DNA from: a virus
Taxonomy: Duplodnaviria > Caudoviricetes
Length of the DNA: 64,000 nucleotides
Virus record (IMG/VR): IMGVR_UViG_3300034062_007196
Coordinates: 7,447-71,446 of that record
Strand: one strand, 5' to 3'
Every line of letters begins with the position of its first letter. The stretch's first letter is position 1. This document shows, piece by piece, positions 48,337 to 57,864 of the stretch. The notes below the pieces were generated by a model that saw nothing but the letters and a program-made list of their open reading frames with translations, was not told the DNA's origin and did no database searches. The position numbers and the translations under genes were made by a program.

Positions 48337-48840
48337 TTACAGATAACCGCCAGGATAATAAGAGTATGGATAATAACCTCCACTGCCACTCGCATAACCA
48401 GCTTCGATACCGCCAAGCTGACGAGGTTCAGCCTTATAACTACTATAAGCATAAACCAAATCCTTAAGACGAGTCTGAGAGTCTTGAGCTAAACCGCGAT
48501 AAACTTTGCTCACTTCATTGCGGTTAACAAAGGTAATAGAGTTATCTCCATCAGAAACAGAGAGAATATTATCACCATTATTGGTTGAAGCTAAAATACC
48601 ACGCAAAGCTTTGCGAGCCTGCTTGGTGTAAAAATTGCTTAAATAAAGCTCTTTAAAAATAGCCTTCTCTTCAATACCAAGATCAGGATTTTGGCCAGTA
48701 AAATTGGTGTACAAAAGAGTATTTAGCATTCCTAAATTTGTAGAAAACCAGCCGCTAATCTGACTAAACGTAGTCTCACTAGAGTCCGAACCAAACTCTA
48801 CACTAAAAATTTCATGTGCTAAACCTGAATATGCGCTCAT
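48337..48840 (-). CDS. Putative head-tail adaptor
   Basis: Helical N-terminus, ILSVSDGDNSITF; downstream of MCP. Confidence 0.5.
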   Translation of the reverse strand: MSAYSGLAHEIFSVEFGSDSSETTFSQISGWFSTNLGMLNTLLYTNFTGQNPDLGIEEKAIFKELYLSNFYTKQARKALRGILASTNNGDNILSVSDGDNSITFVNRNEVSKVYRGLAQDSQTRLKDLVYAYSSYKAEPRQLGGIEAGYASGSGGYYPYSYYPGGYL

Positions 48841-49205
48841 TAAAATTCTCCTAAGATTTTGAGGGTTTTTTGATGTTGGGGATTATTTGGGTCAAGCTGA
48901 ATTGATTTAGTTGTTAGAGGCAAAAGTTTGCCAGTAGCATTTAAATTATAGCTTTTAAATTCCTTCATGAGAGCTTTTTTAATTTGCGGCTTTTGCAAGT
49001 ATGGGCTAAGGCCCACGCGCATAGCTAGAGACTGCATCTCAGAGTAATTCATTTCAGCCAAGCGATCCTCGAATACTTGAGCATTAGTTGTTTTAAAGGG
49101 GTTAACTTCTTGCACACCAAGGATTTTTTCTAATTCAATAATTTTTTCCTTGAATTCCTTGCCATTGATATGCTCGATATTATTTAATTCATCTTTTGGA
49201 TTCAT
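48840..49205 (-). CDS. hypothetical virion-module protein
   Basis: 121-aa ORF after the MCP terminator. Confidence 0.65.
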   Translation of the reverse strand: MNPKDELNNIEHINGKEFKEKIIELEKILGVQEVNPFKTTNAQVFEDRLAEMNYSEMQSLAMRVGLSPYLQKPQIKKALMKEFKSYNLNATGKLLPLTTKSIQLDPNNPQHQKTLKILGEF

Positions 49206-49239
49206 ATATTATATTACATTCAAACTTTAAAAAGTAAAC

Positions 49240-49272
49240 AAAAAAAGGGGACTGCCCTTTCGAGCAGTCCCC
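49240..49272 (-). terminator. Rho-independent terminator after MCP
   Basis: Minus strand GGGGACTGCTC-GAAA-GGGCAGTCCCC-TTTTTTT. Confidence 0.9.
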
Positions 49273-49286
49273 CAAGTTTATTCCTA

Positions 49287-50399
49287 TTAGACGATCACGC
49301 CTAGTAGAGCACGGTTGTCGAGAACCATACGGCCTTCTTCGAGTGAACCGAAGTAACCGATCTTGTTCTGACGGATGCTGTACTGGTCGTCAGCAATGAG
49401 AGCGAACTCAGAACCGCTATCGCTGTCGATTGCAGTAGCGCGAATAAGAGATTCGCGACCACGATCTAGGCCAACTGCAATTTCTTGAGTAGCTGGGTTG
49501 AAGCTACCACCGTAAACAGCATCAAAGATAGTGTTATACTTCTGGGCTGTGCCAAGCTCATTGATGACCATGATGGAAACACCATAAAACTCTGGAAGAC
49601 CAGCGGAGTTGTATAGAGCCATACGCATTTCATCAGGAGCAGCAATACCGTTAGAGTTAGGCTGTGTGCCAACTAGGGCAGCACCACCAGCACCTTTGGT
49701 GTTGATTGGGTTATAAGCCATTGCGCGTAAGCTGTTCTCAAGCTCAGGAGAGATAATGAGATCAGTAATACCGCGAGCATTAGCAGCGCCTTCTGGAGTA
49801 CCCTTAGAGAAGGAAGTGTTGATGCGGCGAGCGCGGGTGATTAGGTTGTTGAAGTCTTGCAAAAGGAAAGAGCCAGCAGTAGTGGCGCTAAGAATGTGGG
49901 AAAGACCATTAGTGGTGGCGTTAGCAAGAGCGCTCATAAGAAGGTTGGCGCTGGTGCGCTCCTGCTTAAGAAGGATTTCTTGAGCCATACGAGTGAAGGT
50001 CTTGCTAATTACATCCATGCGGCTTTTGGCAGCATAGCGACGATCAAAGCTAAGAGCAGAGTCGAGGGTGTAGGTAGCAATCTTCATTTCAGAAACAGTC
50101 GGAAGGACTTGGTTCTGTGGAAGACCACCAGCAGCGCTTTGGCTATACACAGTGATATAGTCCTCATCGGAAATATCATAGTATAGGTCAAGAGGGATGG
50201 ATGGATTATCATCAGCGTTGAACTGAAGCTGAGTAAAGAGATTACTGAGCGTAGGAGCGTTATTGATGACTTCAGCGAGAACTGGGCCAATGAATTCAGC
50301 AAGGGCAACTTGAGCTTCGTAAGCGACCTGACGGTTGCGTGAAGCCATGGCCTTGATTAGTTCGACCTGTTCTGGAGTTCTTTTAAGAGTGATTTTCAT
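49287..50399 (-). CDS. Major capsid protein (HK97 fold presumed)
   Basis: 370 aa; follows protease/scaffold and decoration genes; AAGGAGG SD, strong codon bias, terminator. Confidence 0.85.
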   Translation of the reverse strand: MKITLKRTPEQVELIKAMASRNRQVAYEAQVALAEFIGPVLAEVINNAPTLSNLFTQLQFNADDNPSIPLDLYYDISDEDYITVYSQSAAGGLPQNQVLPTVSEMKIATYTLDSALSFDRRYAAKSRMDVISKTFTRMAQEILLKQERTSANLLMSALANATTNGLSHILSATTAGSFLLQDFNNLITRARRINTSFSKGTPEGAANARGITDLIISPELENSLRAMAYNPINTKGAGGAALVGTQPNSNGIAAPDEMRMALYNSAGLPEFYGVSIMVINELGTAQKYNTIFDAVYGGSFNPATQEIAVGLDRGRESLIRATAIDSDSGSEFALIADDQYSIRQNKIGYFGSLEEGRMVLDNRALLGVIV

Positions 50400-50427
50400 A
50401 TTTAAATTGTTTCCTCCTTGGTTAAAA

Positions 50428-51063
50428 TTACATGCGAAGACCGATTACGACGAAATCGCCTGCGAATTGGTCGGTGGTGGTCTGGGAAGTGCGGGTACCA
50501 GTACCAAGAATAGTACCGATCTTGCCAGCGTCGCTCATGAGGCATCCAGTGATGTTGCCTTGAGTAGCGGAAAGCTTAATACCGCTGCCAACAAAGAGGT
50601 TGTTGCCAGTAAGTGTACCGCCGCCGAAAGAATTTGCTCCAAGGGAGAAAATACCGCGAGTAGCGACAGGAACAGCTTGACCAGGAAGAACGCACATGAG
50701 TTCTTCAGCCTTTTGACGATAGTAGAGAAGCTTCTCACCGTTTTCATCAGTCTTAGCAGTCTGACGGAGGGTAAGACCTAGGCAGTTAGTAGTGTCGCCA
50801 GAAGCGGCAGGAGTAACTTTTAGGTTGACGGAAGGATACTGGTTAGCGCCAACAAAAGGATAGTCGGTTTTGCCGAGGTAGCTGTTGGTAGCGTAAGAAA
50901 CAGGATCGAGGTCGAAGTTTCCAGCGGAAACTTTAACGAAAACACCAGCGTCACCAGAACCAACGCCAGTAACACTGTCGTTGATTGCAGCATCTACTAG
51001 TGCATACATGTTGACAACATCGTTGTCATCATATTGACGGAATGGGAGTAGTCTTGTAGCCAT
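50428..51063 (-). CDS. Putative capsid decoration/cement protein
   Basis: G/T-rich, PGQAVPVATRG; between scaffold and MCP. Confidence 0.6.
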   Translation of the reverse strand: MATRLLPFRQYDDNDVVNMYALVDAAINDSVTGVGSGDAGVFVKVSAGNFDLDPVSYATNSYLGKTDYPFVGANQYPSVNLKVTPAASGDTTNCLGLTLRQTAKTDENGEKLLYYRQKAEELMCVLPGQAVPVATRGIFSLGANSFGGGTLTGNNLFVGSGIKLSATQGNITGCLMSDAGKIGTILGTGTRTSQTTTDQFAGDFVVIGLRM

Positions 51064-51082
51064 AAATGATTAATTAATAGAG

Positions 51083-52615
51083 TTAGGAAATAGAGATATT
51101 TTCGCGAGAAAAAGCAGCAGCAAATCTTTCTTTGAAGCTTTTAGTTTCTTTGCTAGATTCACCGTTGTTGTTTGGGAGAGCTTCTTTTTCAGAAGCCTTA
51201 GCTTTCTCAAGAGCTTCTTCTGCCAATTCTTCTGGTGTTTTATCAACAGAAGCGTTTGACTTATTAAGTTCAGCGAGACGCTTTTCAACTTCAGCAGTGA
51301 TTTTAGCTTCAGCTTCTTCAGTGAGACGAGCAATATGTTCTTTGTTTTTATGTTTCCAAACAATTGCTAGTTTCTCCTGATAAGAAGCAAAAGCTTCATC
51401 GGTTAGATCAAGTGACTTAAGTTCAGAAGCAAGAATCTTGCGATCCTCATCTTCCAAAGCATAAATATTGTCAACTTGCTCCATGCGAGCGTTGAAATGA
51501 GCTAGAGCTTTTTCAGCTTCTTGAGCGGCTTCAATTTCTTGAATGCGTACTTTAGTGTCTGAAAGTTCTTTTTGAAGACCTTCAACAGAAGCAAGGAGTT
51601 CCTTGGCTTTTGTTTCGGAAGCTTCTTTCTCCTGCTTTGCAGCGCGATATTCTTCGTCTTTTTGACGAATAGCATCAGCAAAAGTACTGGTCATCCCAGC
51701 AATTGCTTCTTCGGAGAATTTCTTCTCTTGTAGAGAAGCCTTTAATTCTGAAAGAAATGTTTCTAAATCCATAGATTTTTTGTTGTTTACAGTATTTATT
51801 TTAAATTGGGAAATTTTATTTTCAGCAAATGCGAAAACTTTTTTATCCCTTTTGTCTTTGAAAGTTACTTCTTCTTCTGTTTCAATGTTATCGAGAAGAA
51901 GACCTTTAACATTAGCGGCTGGTGTTGAAGTGAATCCAATACCAAGTGGGAAAACATTACCCTTAACTAAGCGATAAATTTTAGAGCCATCTTCCATTTT
52001 ACCATTGCCACCATAAGCTCTTAATTTCGCCTTAAGTTCTTGAATGTGTTTTGGGTTGGAAATGATTTCAGCTTCCTTTAAATTACTGCTTCCAACAGCT
52101 AAAACATACTCGCTAAAACCAAGCTCCCAGCTTGCGGAAACAGAGTTAAACAAGTCATTTCCTTCGCTGGTTGATTTATAAACCAAGTCAGTGAATTTTG
52201 AGTCAACAAGTTTGTAAACTACTGCTCCTAAAGCTAAATTAATTAAACCATTTGAACCAAGAACTTCTTCATTGCTTAGTGGCAAATTGTCTCCCCAAGA
52301 ATTAAAACCAGCAGAAACAATATGACCCACAATTTTTTGCTTGTTATGTTCAATATTGGTTGGTTTGTGAATAAAATATGGCGCGATGTTAACAGCGGTT
52401 TCTGAGTCGATTCCATCGTCGTTTTTGTTGAATTGGTTGATTACTGCTGCATCAAAAGCCACGCCCATCAAATCAATGTTTTTATTTAAATCAATTTGAT
52501 TACTTGGAAGCAAGCTTTTTAAATTTTCGAGTGAAGCTTTTGAGATAAAAGAATTATCGCCAATAGAGCATTGGCGTAAAGATACATCGAACTTTGTTTT
52601 GTATTTAAAATTCAT
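51083..52615 (-). CDS. Prohead protease fused to coiled-coil scaffold
   Basis: NKNDDG, KPTNIEH...IVGHI, SASWELGF; long E/K/A-rich coiled coil. Start at TAATG overlap, 52615. Confidence 0.8.
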   Translation of the reverse strand: MNFKYKTKFDVSLRQCSIGDNSFISKASLENLKSLLPSNQIDLNKNIDLMGVAFDAAVINQFNKNDDGIDSETAVNIAPYFIHKPTNIEHNKQKIVGHIVSAGFNSWGDNLPLSNEEVLGSNGLINLALGAVVYKLVDSKFTDLVYKSTSEGNDLFNSVSASWELGFSEYVLAVGSSNLKEAEIISNPKHIQELKAKLRAYGGNGKMEDGSKIYRLVKGNVFPLGIGFTSTPAANVKGLLLDNIETEEEVTFKDKRDKKVFAFAENKISQFKINTVNNKKSMDLETFLSELKASLQEKKFSEEAIAGMTSTFADAIRQKDEEYRAAKQEKEASETKAKELLASVEGLQKELSDTKVRIQEIEAAQEAEKALAHFNARMEQVDNIYALEDEDRKILASELKSLDLTDEAFASYQEKLAIVWKHKNKEHIARLTEEAEAKITAEVEKRLAELNKSNASVDKTPEELAEEALEKAKASEKEALPNNNGESSKETKSFKERFAAAFSRENISIS

Positions 52616-53085
52616 TATAAATCTACAGTATTTCTCCAAACTGTTTTGGTTTCTTTTTGTTCATCAAGCTGAGTTTCATTTTTCTCAGCTTTTTCCCATT
52701 TATTGATTTGCTCAATAGTGATAATGTTGATGCTATTACCAGGAGTTTTCACTTTTTCGCGATACTCCATTTTATTTTGTTTTTTTGCGGCAGATTCGGA
52801 TTTCTCTTTAACGCTTTCGTCTTCTTCTTCATCATCCTCTTCAACATCTTCTTCCTCTTCGTCTTCTGCCATTAGTTGTTCCTTCATTTTCTTGAAGTCA
52901 ACAGCACAAGCAACCATTGCGTCTTTCTTATCTTTGGAAGATGAGCTAACACATTTAGCCATGAACTTTTTATAGACTTTTTTTTCTTTATCAGTCATGC
53001 TGACTTCGGCAATAGAAACTTCAATAGCTCCATTAATAAATTTTATTGTCTTTTCAAGAGGAATGGGTACTTGTTCAGGATTCAT
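52615..53085 (-). CDS. hypothetical protein with acidic tract
   Basis: EDEEEEDVEEDDEEEDES; between portal and protease. Confidence 0.6.
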   Translation of the reverse strand: MNPEQVPIPLEKTIKFINGAIEVSIAEVSMTDKEKKVYKKFMAKCVSSSSKDKKDAMVACAVDFKKMKEQLMAEDEEEEDVEEDDEEEDESVKEKSESAAKKQNKMEYREKVKTPGNSINIITIEQINKWEKAEKNETQLDEQKETKTVWRNTVDL

Positions 53086-55042
53086 GAGTTTTGCTATGGT
53101 GGAGAATTGCGGCGGAATAAAAATCTAACTGGTGAGATTCGGCAATCTCTGTAACTTCTTCCAAAAGCCCCAAAGATTCGATCTGATTGAAATCATTTAC
53201 ACATTCTAAAGCTTTAGTTTCCCAATTATCTATTTCGTAAGCGCAAATAACTTTTTTACAAAGCTCGTCAATAGCAGAAGTTTGTTGTTTATTTAGCTTC
53301 TTGACCCCCAAAACTTCTTTAGCTTTTGTTTTGACTGTGCTATCTAAAGTTTCAATCTTGTAGATAACTTCTTGAATGTTTTTTCGAGAAAAATTAGCTT
53401 CTGTAACTGCGCCTTGCGGGCGACCAGCAGATTTTGGAGTTTTATTTATTTCGGATTCGGCTGGAGCCGTTACTGGAACACCACCAACAATCGGATTGTA
53501 GTAACCCTTTTCTCTATCGGAAACAAAGGTTTCTTGAGCAGGTGCAATTTCTTCTGCTTGTGGGAATCGCCCAGTGTTGAATACTGTAAGACCCTGTTGA
53601 GGAGTAATAACTCCAAGTTCCATAAGGCGAGTAGTAACACGAAGAAGCTGCGTATTGTCCTTGAAATCAATTTCCTTAAAGCGAGCTTCTGGGTAAGCTC
53701 TAAATCCTAGAGCTTTAGCAATACGTTTGATTTCTGGCTGCAAAAATTCATTTAAAAAGGCTTGACGACTCTCTTTCAAGCGGTCAATAAACATATCAAT
53801 TTTGGTGGAGATGTTTCCATACTTGTCATCACCAAAGAAAATATTCTGAAGACCTTGTTCAATGTCTTTATTTAGTGTTTCGTATTTTGATGGTCCAAGA
53901 ACTTTGTTAAGGTCTGGAATAACGAAGTCAGCTTTTGTTGTGTAGTCTGAAATGAGAACTCTTCCAACAGACTCGTTTCTGAACAAGTCTTGCATGGCTC
54001 TAAGGTTGTTGTGGTTGATTCCGCCCTTGTCAGGGGGAGCGCCCATTGTGATAAGTAGAATGACATTCTCAACGGTTCGCGTGATTGCTTGATCCATTTT
54101 CTTGAGTTCAAGCTTTGCGTTAATGTCTTGAAGTACAGGAAAGCCGAAAGGAATAGCGAACGGTTCATAATCTTGTTTTTTATAAAATGCGAAATGTAGG
54201 CGAACTGGATCAATTTTAATTTTCAAACCATTCTTGGCAAAACCACCGCGATTAATGTCTTTGCGAACATTCTCTGGAAAAGAATTTAAGAGTTCGCGAT
54301 CCTCCTCTGTTTGAGGATGGCGCAAACGCTCCAAATCATACTCAGACAAAACCTTTTCATAAGCAACCGCATTAAAAGTTGTAGCGCGTTTTGCTACAAT
54401 ATCAAACGGGTTAAGCATAATATATTTTAGGGGAATAGTATTTGCAGAAACATCACCCTCTGCGGCATATACGGTAGAAAGCTTTTTAAAATCTTCTATG
54501 TCAAACTTACCATCGGTGCGATAAATAAAAATATTACCGCTGCGATAATACTCGCGGAAAAACTGATCCTTCAAATCCCACATGCGAATCTTGCGCATCC
54601 AACGATAAAAGAAATCTCTTGATTTTTCGGTTCCGCCTTCTAGGTAAATTTCACCATTGGAAAATTCCGACATCAAATCAACAGCATTGCGGAAAATCGG
54701 CACATTAGCATAAGCTTTCTGGCAAAGCTCAATCGCTTCACGAATATAGACTCCATCATTGGAGAAACTATATGGCAGCATACCAGCACGAATGCTGCTA
54801 TATCTATCGAAAACAGGAGCAACTGCTGCTCGATTCAATCTTCCACTAGTAGCATCTGTTCTGCCTAGTGGTTCGCGTGAAGCTCTAGAAACTTTAAATT
54901 CTACAGAAGCATCCGAAGTGTAAAACGGCTCACCTGCTAATACAGGATCAATGCTTGCTTGAATTTGTTCTGTAAAGTCGAAATTTGACTTTTGATCAAA
55001 CTTTTTCCAATATTCTGATTTTTTTGTGTAAGAGCGAGCCAT
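53075..55042 (-). CDS. Portal protein
   Basis: 655 aa; follows terL; YANVPIFRNAVDLM, REYYRSGN, PFAIPFGFPVL. Confidence 0.8.
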   Translation of the reverse strand: MARSYTKKSEYWKKFDQKSNFDFTEQIQASIDPVLAGEPFYTSDASVEFKVSRASREPLGRTDATSGRLNRAAVAPVFDRYSSIRAGMLPYSFSNDGVYIREAIELCQKAYANVPIFRNAVDLMSEFSNGEIYLEGGTEKSRDFFYRWMRKIRMWDLKDQFFREYYRSGNIFIYRTDGKFDIEDFKKLSTVYAAEGDVSANTIPLKYIMLNPFDIVAKRATTFNAVAYEKVLSEYDLERLRHPQTEEDRELLNSFPENVRKDINRGGFAKNGLKIKIDPVRLHFAFYKKQDYEPFAIPFGFPVLQDINAKLELKKMDQAITRTVENVILLITMGAPPDKGGINHNNLRAMQDLFRNESVGRVLISDYTTKADFVIPDLNKVLGPSKYETLNKDIEQGLQNIFFGDDKYGNISTKIDMFIDRLKESRQAFLNEFLQPEIKRIAKALGFRAYPEARFKEIDFKDNTQLLRVTTRLMELGVITPQQGLTVFNTGRFPQAEEIAPAQETFVSDREKGYYNPIVGGVPVTAPAESEINKTPKSAGRPQGAVTEANFSRKNIQEVIYKIETLDSTVKTKAKEVLGVKKLNKQQTSAIDELCKKVICAYEIDNWETKALECVNDFNQIESLGLLEEVTEIAESHQLDFYSAAILHHSKTHES

Positions 55043-55088
55043 CGCTTATATTACACTTAAAAAGTCAAAAATCTAACTTTAAAGTCAC

Positions 55089-56951
55089 TTAAATCAAGAA
55101 TGGCGTAAATGTGTTTTCAACTTCTTCTGCTTTAAAATCCATCATGTCAAAATATGTTTGAATCATCCAATTACCAAGAACCAGCGCTGAATAAGAATCT
55201 CGCCTAGCTTTGTCTGGCCCAGATTGACGCCTGAGATTAGATGGTAAATCAAAAGACTGAGTGCCTTGAGCAGTGGTGCTAATTTGAATCAATGCACACT
55301 GAGCTTTTGTAAGATCAATCATATCTTTCTGATGTTCAATAAAGTCAATCATTTTTGCAGCATCGCCTTTTTCTTCTGAATCAGCAAAGCGCAAGAATTT
55401 AATCTTGTCAATAGGTATTCTTTTAGACCTTTGACTCTGATAATCATCATCAATAGCTGATGCAGCAAACCAAATGCGTTTGTGGTCAAATGCTGATTGC
55501 AAAAGTTCATTCGCACTACGAATCCAGTGAGAAGTTGGCCTGCGTAGTAAACATATTCTCTTAGATTCGATATTGTATTGATTTCGAGCATCTCTCAAGG
55601 CATTGTGATATTCTTGCGGATTGTCAAAGTCAGCATCAAAGCATTCGATTTTAATGCCAGCCTCCTTAAACATTTCGCTCTCATTACAAGCATTAAGAAA
55701 CTGAACGCCGCCGTTATAGTCACCAACGATTGAAACAATATTAAAGTTTTGAAGCAAATATAAAAAGTAAAAAATATGACTTTTCAAGCTAGTGCCTGGC
55801 ATAGCGTAACTATGCACCAAGATTCCTTGTTTATTATCTTTATTTAATTTAAAGACTTGCATAGCAAAGTCGTCAGAGCTTTCACTTTCAGACCAAGACG
55901 GGTCAAAAGAAAGCAAATATTCTGCTTGTGAGTCGCCAGCAATTTCAACGCATTGGCCCCTGCCATCTTCAATGGTGCAGGCTGCCATTTTACTCACTTT
56001 AAAATAGCCGCTAGAGTCATCAGTAAATATTGAGCCAAACTCTCGATCAAACTGAGACTGACTCATTGTTGATTTAGCTTGCTGAATTAAGGATTGGTCA
56101 TACAACTGTGTTGGCGCACAGTCATAACTAAGGTGCATAATAACACGATGCGCTACATCGCTTTTCTCAGGATTGAGAATAAGGTTTTCGTATTGCTGGT
56201 ATAATTTATATAAGTATTCGAATTTATAAGAGGCAGAAGAAAGACCAATAATTTTATTGTTTGGCCATTGAGTTCTTTCTTCCTCAAGCATTGTTCCCTT
56301 CTCAATCAACTGGTTCTCTAGGTTATGGATTTCTTGCCTTTCTGTGGGGTTTTCTACAACAGACAGGAAAGGAACAATAACTTCATTATAGATTCGCTCT
56401 GGCATGAGTAGAAACTCGTCAATAATCATTCGCTGGAAACGAAAGCCGCGAAGCTTTTCACCATCGCCCAAAGGAAGAGCAGTAATTTTGCTACGACCAA
56501 TCTCCATTACCCATTGGTCATTGTTTTTAGAGACGCGAGTAACAGCCTCGGAAAACATTGAGGCTTTTGGGGTTTTCATAATGTCCTCAATCTTATTGAA
56601 GATCATTCGGCTCTGTCGAAAAGACTTGGAAATAATGCCAATATGAACGCCCTGATTAAGTGTAGCATCCAATGCTGCAAATAAACCCGTGGTAAAGCTC
56701 TTGCTTTGACCACGACTCCAGATGCCCAAGAAATAATCAGTAAGCATCATGGATTTAATTGCCATGTGTTGAAACGGGAACAAACGAATGCCAGTTAAGA
56801 GTTCGCAGGTAAATGAGGGATTTTCCTTTAGGAATTTATAAAGTAAAATCTTAGCTTCCTTTTCTTCAAGGTAGCCTTCTTTGGCTAGAATTTCTTCATT
56901 AATTTTGTCGAAGTGTTTACGACGTTTTTGATTTCCTTCAATCCAAGCCAT
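55089..56951 (-). CDS. terL: Terminase large subunit
   Basis: SRGQSKS Walker A, RGFRFQRMIIDE Walker B, FDREF, SFDPS nuclease motif, RRDSYSA. Likely start MAWIEG at 56951. Confidence 0.92.
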   Translation of the reverse strand: MAWIEGNQKRRKHFDKINEEILAKEGYLEEKEAKILLYKFLKENPSFTCELLTGIRLFPFQHMAIKSMMLTDYFLGIWSRGQSKSFTTGLFAALDATLNQGVHIGIISKSFRQSRMIFNKIEDIMKTPKASMFSEAVTRVSKNNDQWVMEIGRSKITALPLGDGEKLRGFRFQRMIIDEFLLMPERIYNEVIVPFLSVVENPTERQEIHNLENQLIEKGTMLEEERTQWPNNKIIGLSSASYKFEYLYKLYQQYENLILNPEKSDVAHRVIMHLSYDCAPTQLYDQSLIQQAKSTMSQSQFDREFGSIFTDDSSGYFKVSKMAACTIEDGRGQCVEIAGDSQAEYLLSFDPSWSESESSDDFAMQVFKLNKDNKQGILVHSYAMPGTSLKSHIFYFLYLLQNFNIVSIVGDYNGGVQFLNACNESEMFKEAGIKIECFDADFDNPQEYHNALRDARNQYNIESKRICLLRRPTSHWIRSANELLQSAFDHKRIWFAASAIDDDYQSQRSKRIPIDKIKFLRFADSEEKGDAAKMIDFIEHQKDMIDLTKAQCALIQISTTAQGTQSFDLPSNLRRQSGPDKARRDSYSALVLGNWMIQTYFDMMDFKAEEVENTFTPFLI

Positions 56952-57864
56952 ATAAAAGTCCCTCGTTAATATAATATTGTAAATCAACATTCCATAGCTT
57001 TCTACCATGCCTCAATAAACGTGGTATAAGTTTGATGCTGTTGTCTCGATTAGAAGTCATGATAAATTGACAGCAATCTTTAAATTCTAGTTGCAAAGCT
57101 CGCATATTATGATAGATGTAAGCAAGGTTAGCTTGATGCTTTGATTTGATGTTATTTTTTTCAATCTGCCCCATGTCGCTCTCTACAACCACAAAGATAA
57201 AACAATCCTGATCTCTAGCTCTTTGCAACTCCCTGCGAAAACGCTCGTAGTTGTCTTGGCTCAAAGTAGATTTAAAATCTCCCTCTGATTTTCTGTCAAC
57301 AAAAGTATAATCAAAAAATTTATTTTCAATGCCATAGTCTCCCAAATCCAACTTAAGAGCTTCGCTTTGCGGAAACGAAAGAGGTTGTTGCTCTCGCGTA
57401 TCAATGAAAATCTTGGCGTTAATTTTTTCGCCAAAATCTTGTGGTATTTTTCCGTTGTAAAGAGGTTCTCCTCCCGCGCCCGCGCAGGCGTGCGTGAAGG
57501 TTCCAAAAAACTTTTTATATACAGAAATGCTTGGCAAGCCATAACTATTTAAAATAATTTCAGATGGACAAACTAAGTCTTTAGTTTTGGAAGAAAGCAT
57601 TTCCAAAAGAATCATTTGAACATCCAAATCTTTTGGGTATTGTTTGTCGAAATAAATCTTTTGATTCTCTTGGTTAAGAAAATAACAAGAAAAATACTGC
57701 TCTTTATTTTTAAAAGGCAGCAAGTCGCCAGTTAATAAATCTTTACGACGAAAATGCTTCACATAATAATCATGAAGAAACATATCATGCTTTTTAATAT
57801 GAGCATGAAGACTGCGTTCACTATCGAACGATTGTTGACATTCTAAACATTTAAATAACATCAT
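56938..57864 (-). CDS. ERCC4/XPF-family nuclease with N-terminal C2H2 finger
   Basis: CLEC...HAHIKKH; IDTREQ, LGDY, VDRKSEGDF, RFRRELQR. Confidence 0.85.
   Translation of the reverse strand: MMLFKCLECQQSFDSERSLHAHIKKHDMFLHDYYVKHFRRKDLLTGDLLPFKNKEQYFSCYFLNQENQKIYFDKQYPKDLDVQMILLEMLSSKTKDLVCPSEIILNSYGLPSISVYKKFFGTFTHACAGAGGEPLYNGKIPQDFGEKINAKIFIDTREQQPLSFPQSEALKLDLGDYGIENKFFDYTFVDRKSEGDFKSTLSQDNYERFRRELQRARDQDCFIFVVVESDMGQIEKNNIKSKHQANLAYIYHNMRALQLEFKDCCQFIMTSNRDNSIKLIPRLLRHGRKLWNVDLQYYINEGLLYGLD

Noticed and set aside
49466-50781. Long alternative-frame and antisense ORFs over the MCP and decoration genes (e.g. 49857-50186, 50335-50781)
   Set aside because: Shadow ORFs from the higher GC and codon bias of highly expressed genes; no promoter, RBS or motif.
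8430-56951. Inteins or group I introns in dnaB, recA, nrdA or terL
   Set aside because: Lengths are normal, motifs are contiguous, and no intein splice-junction signature was seen.
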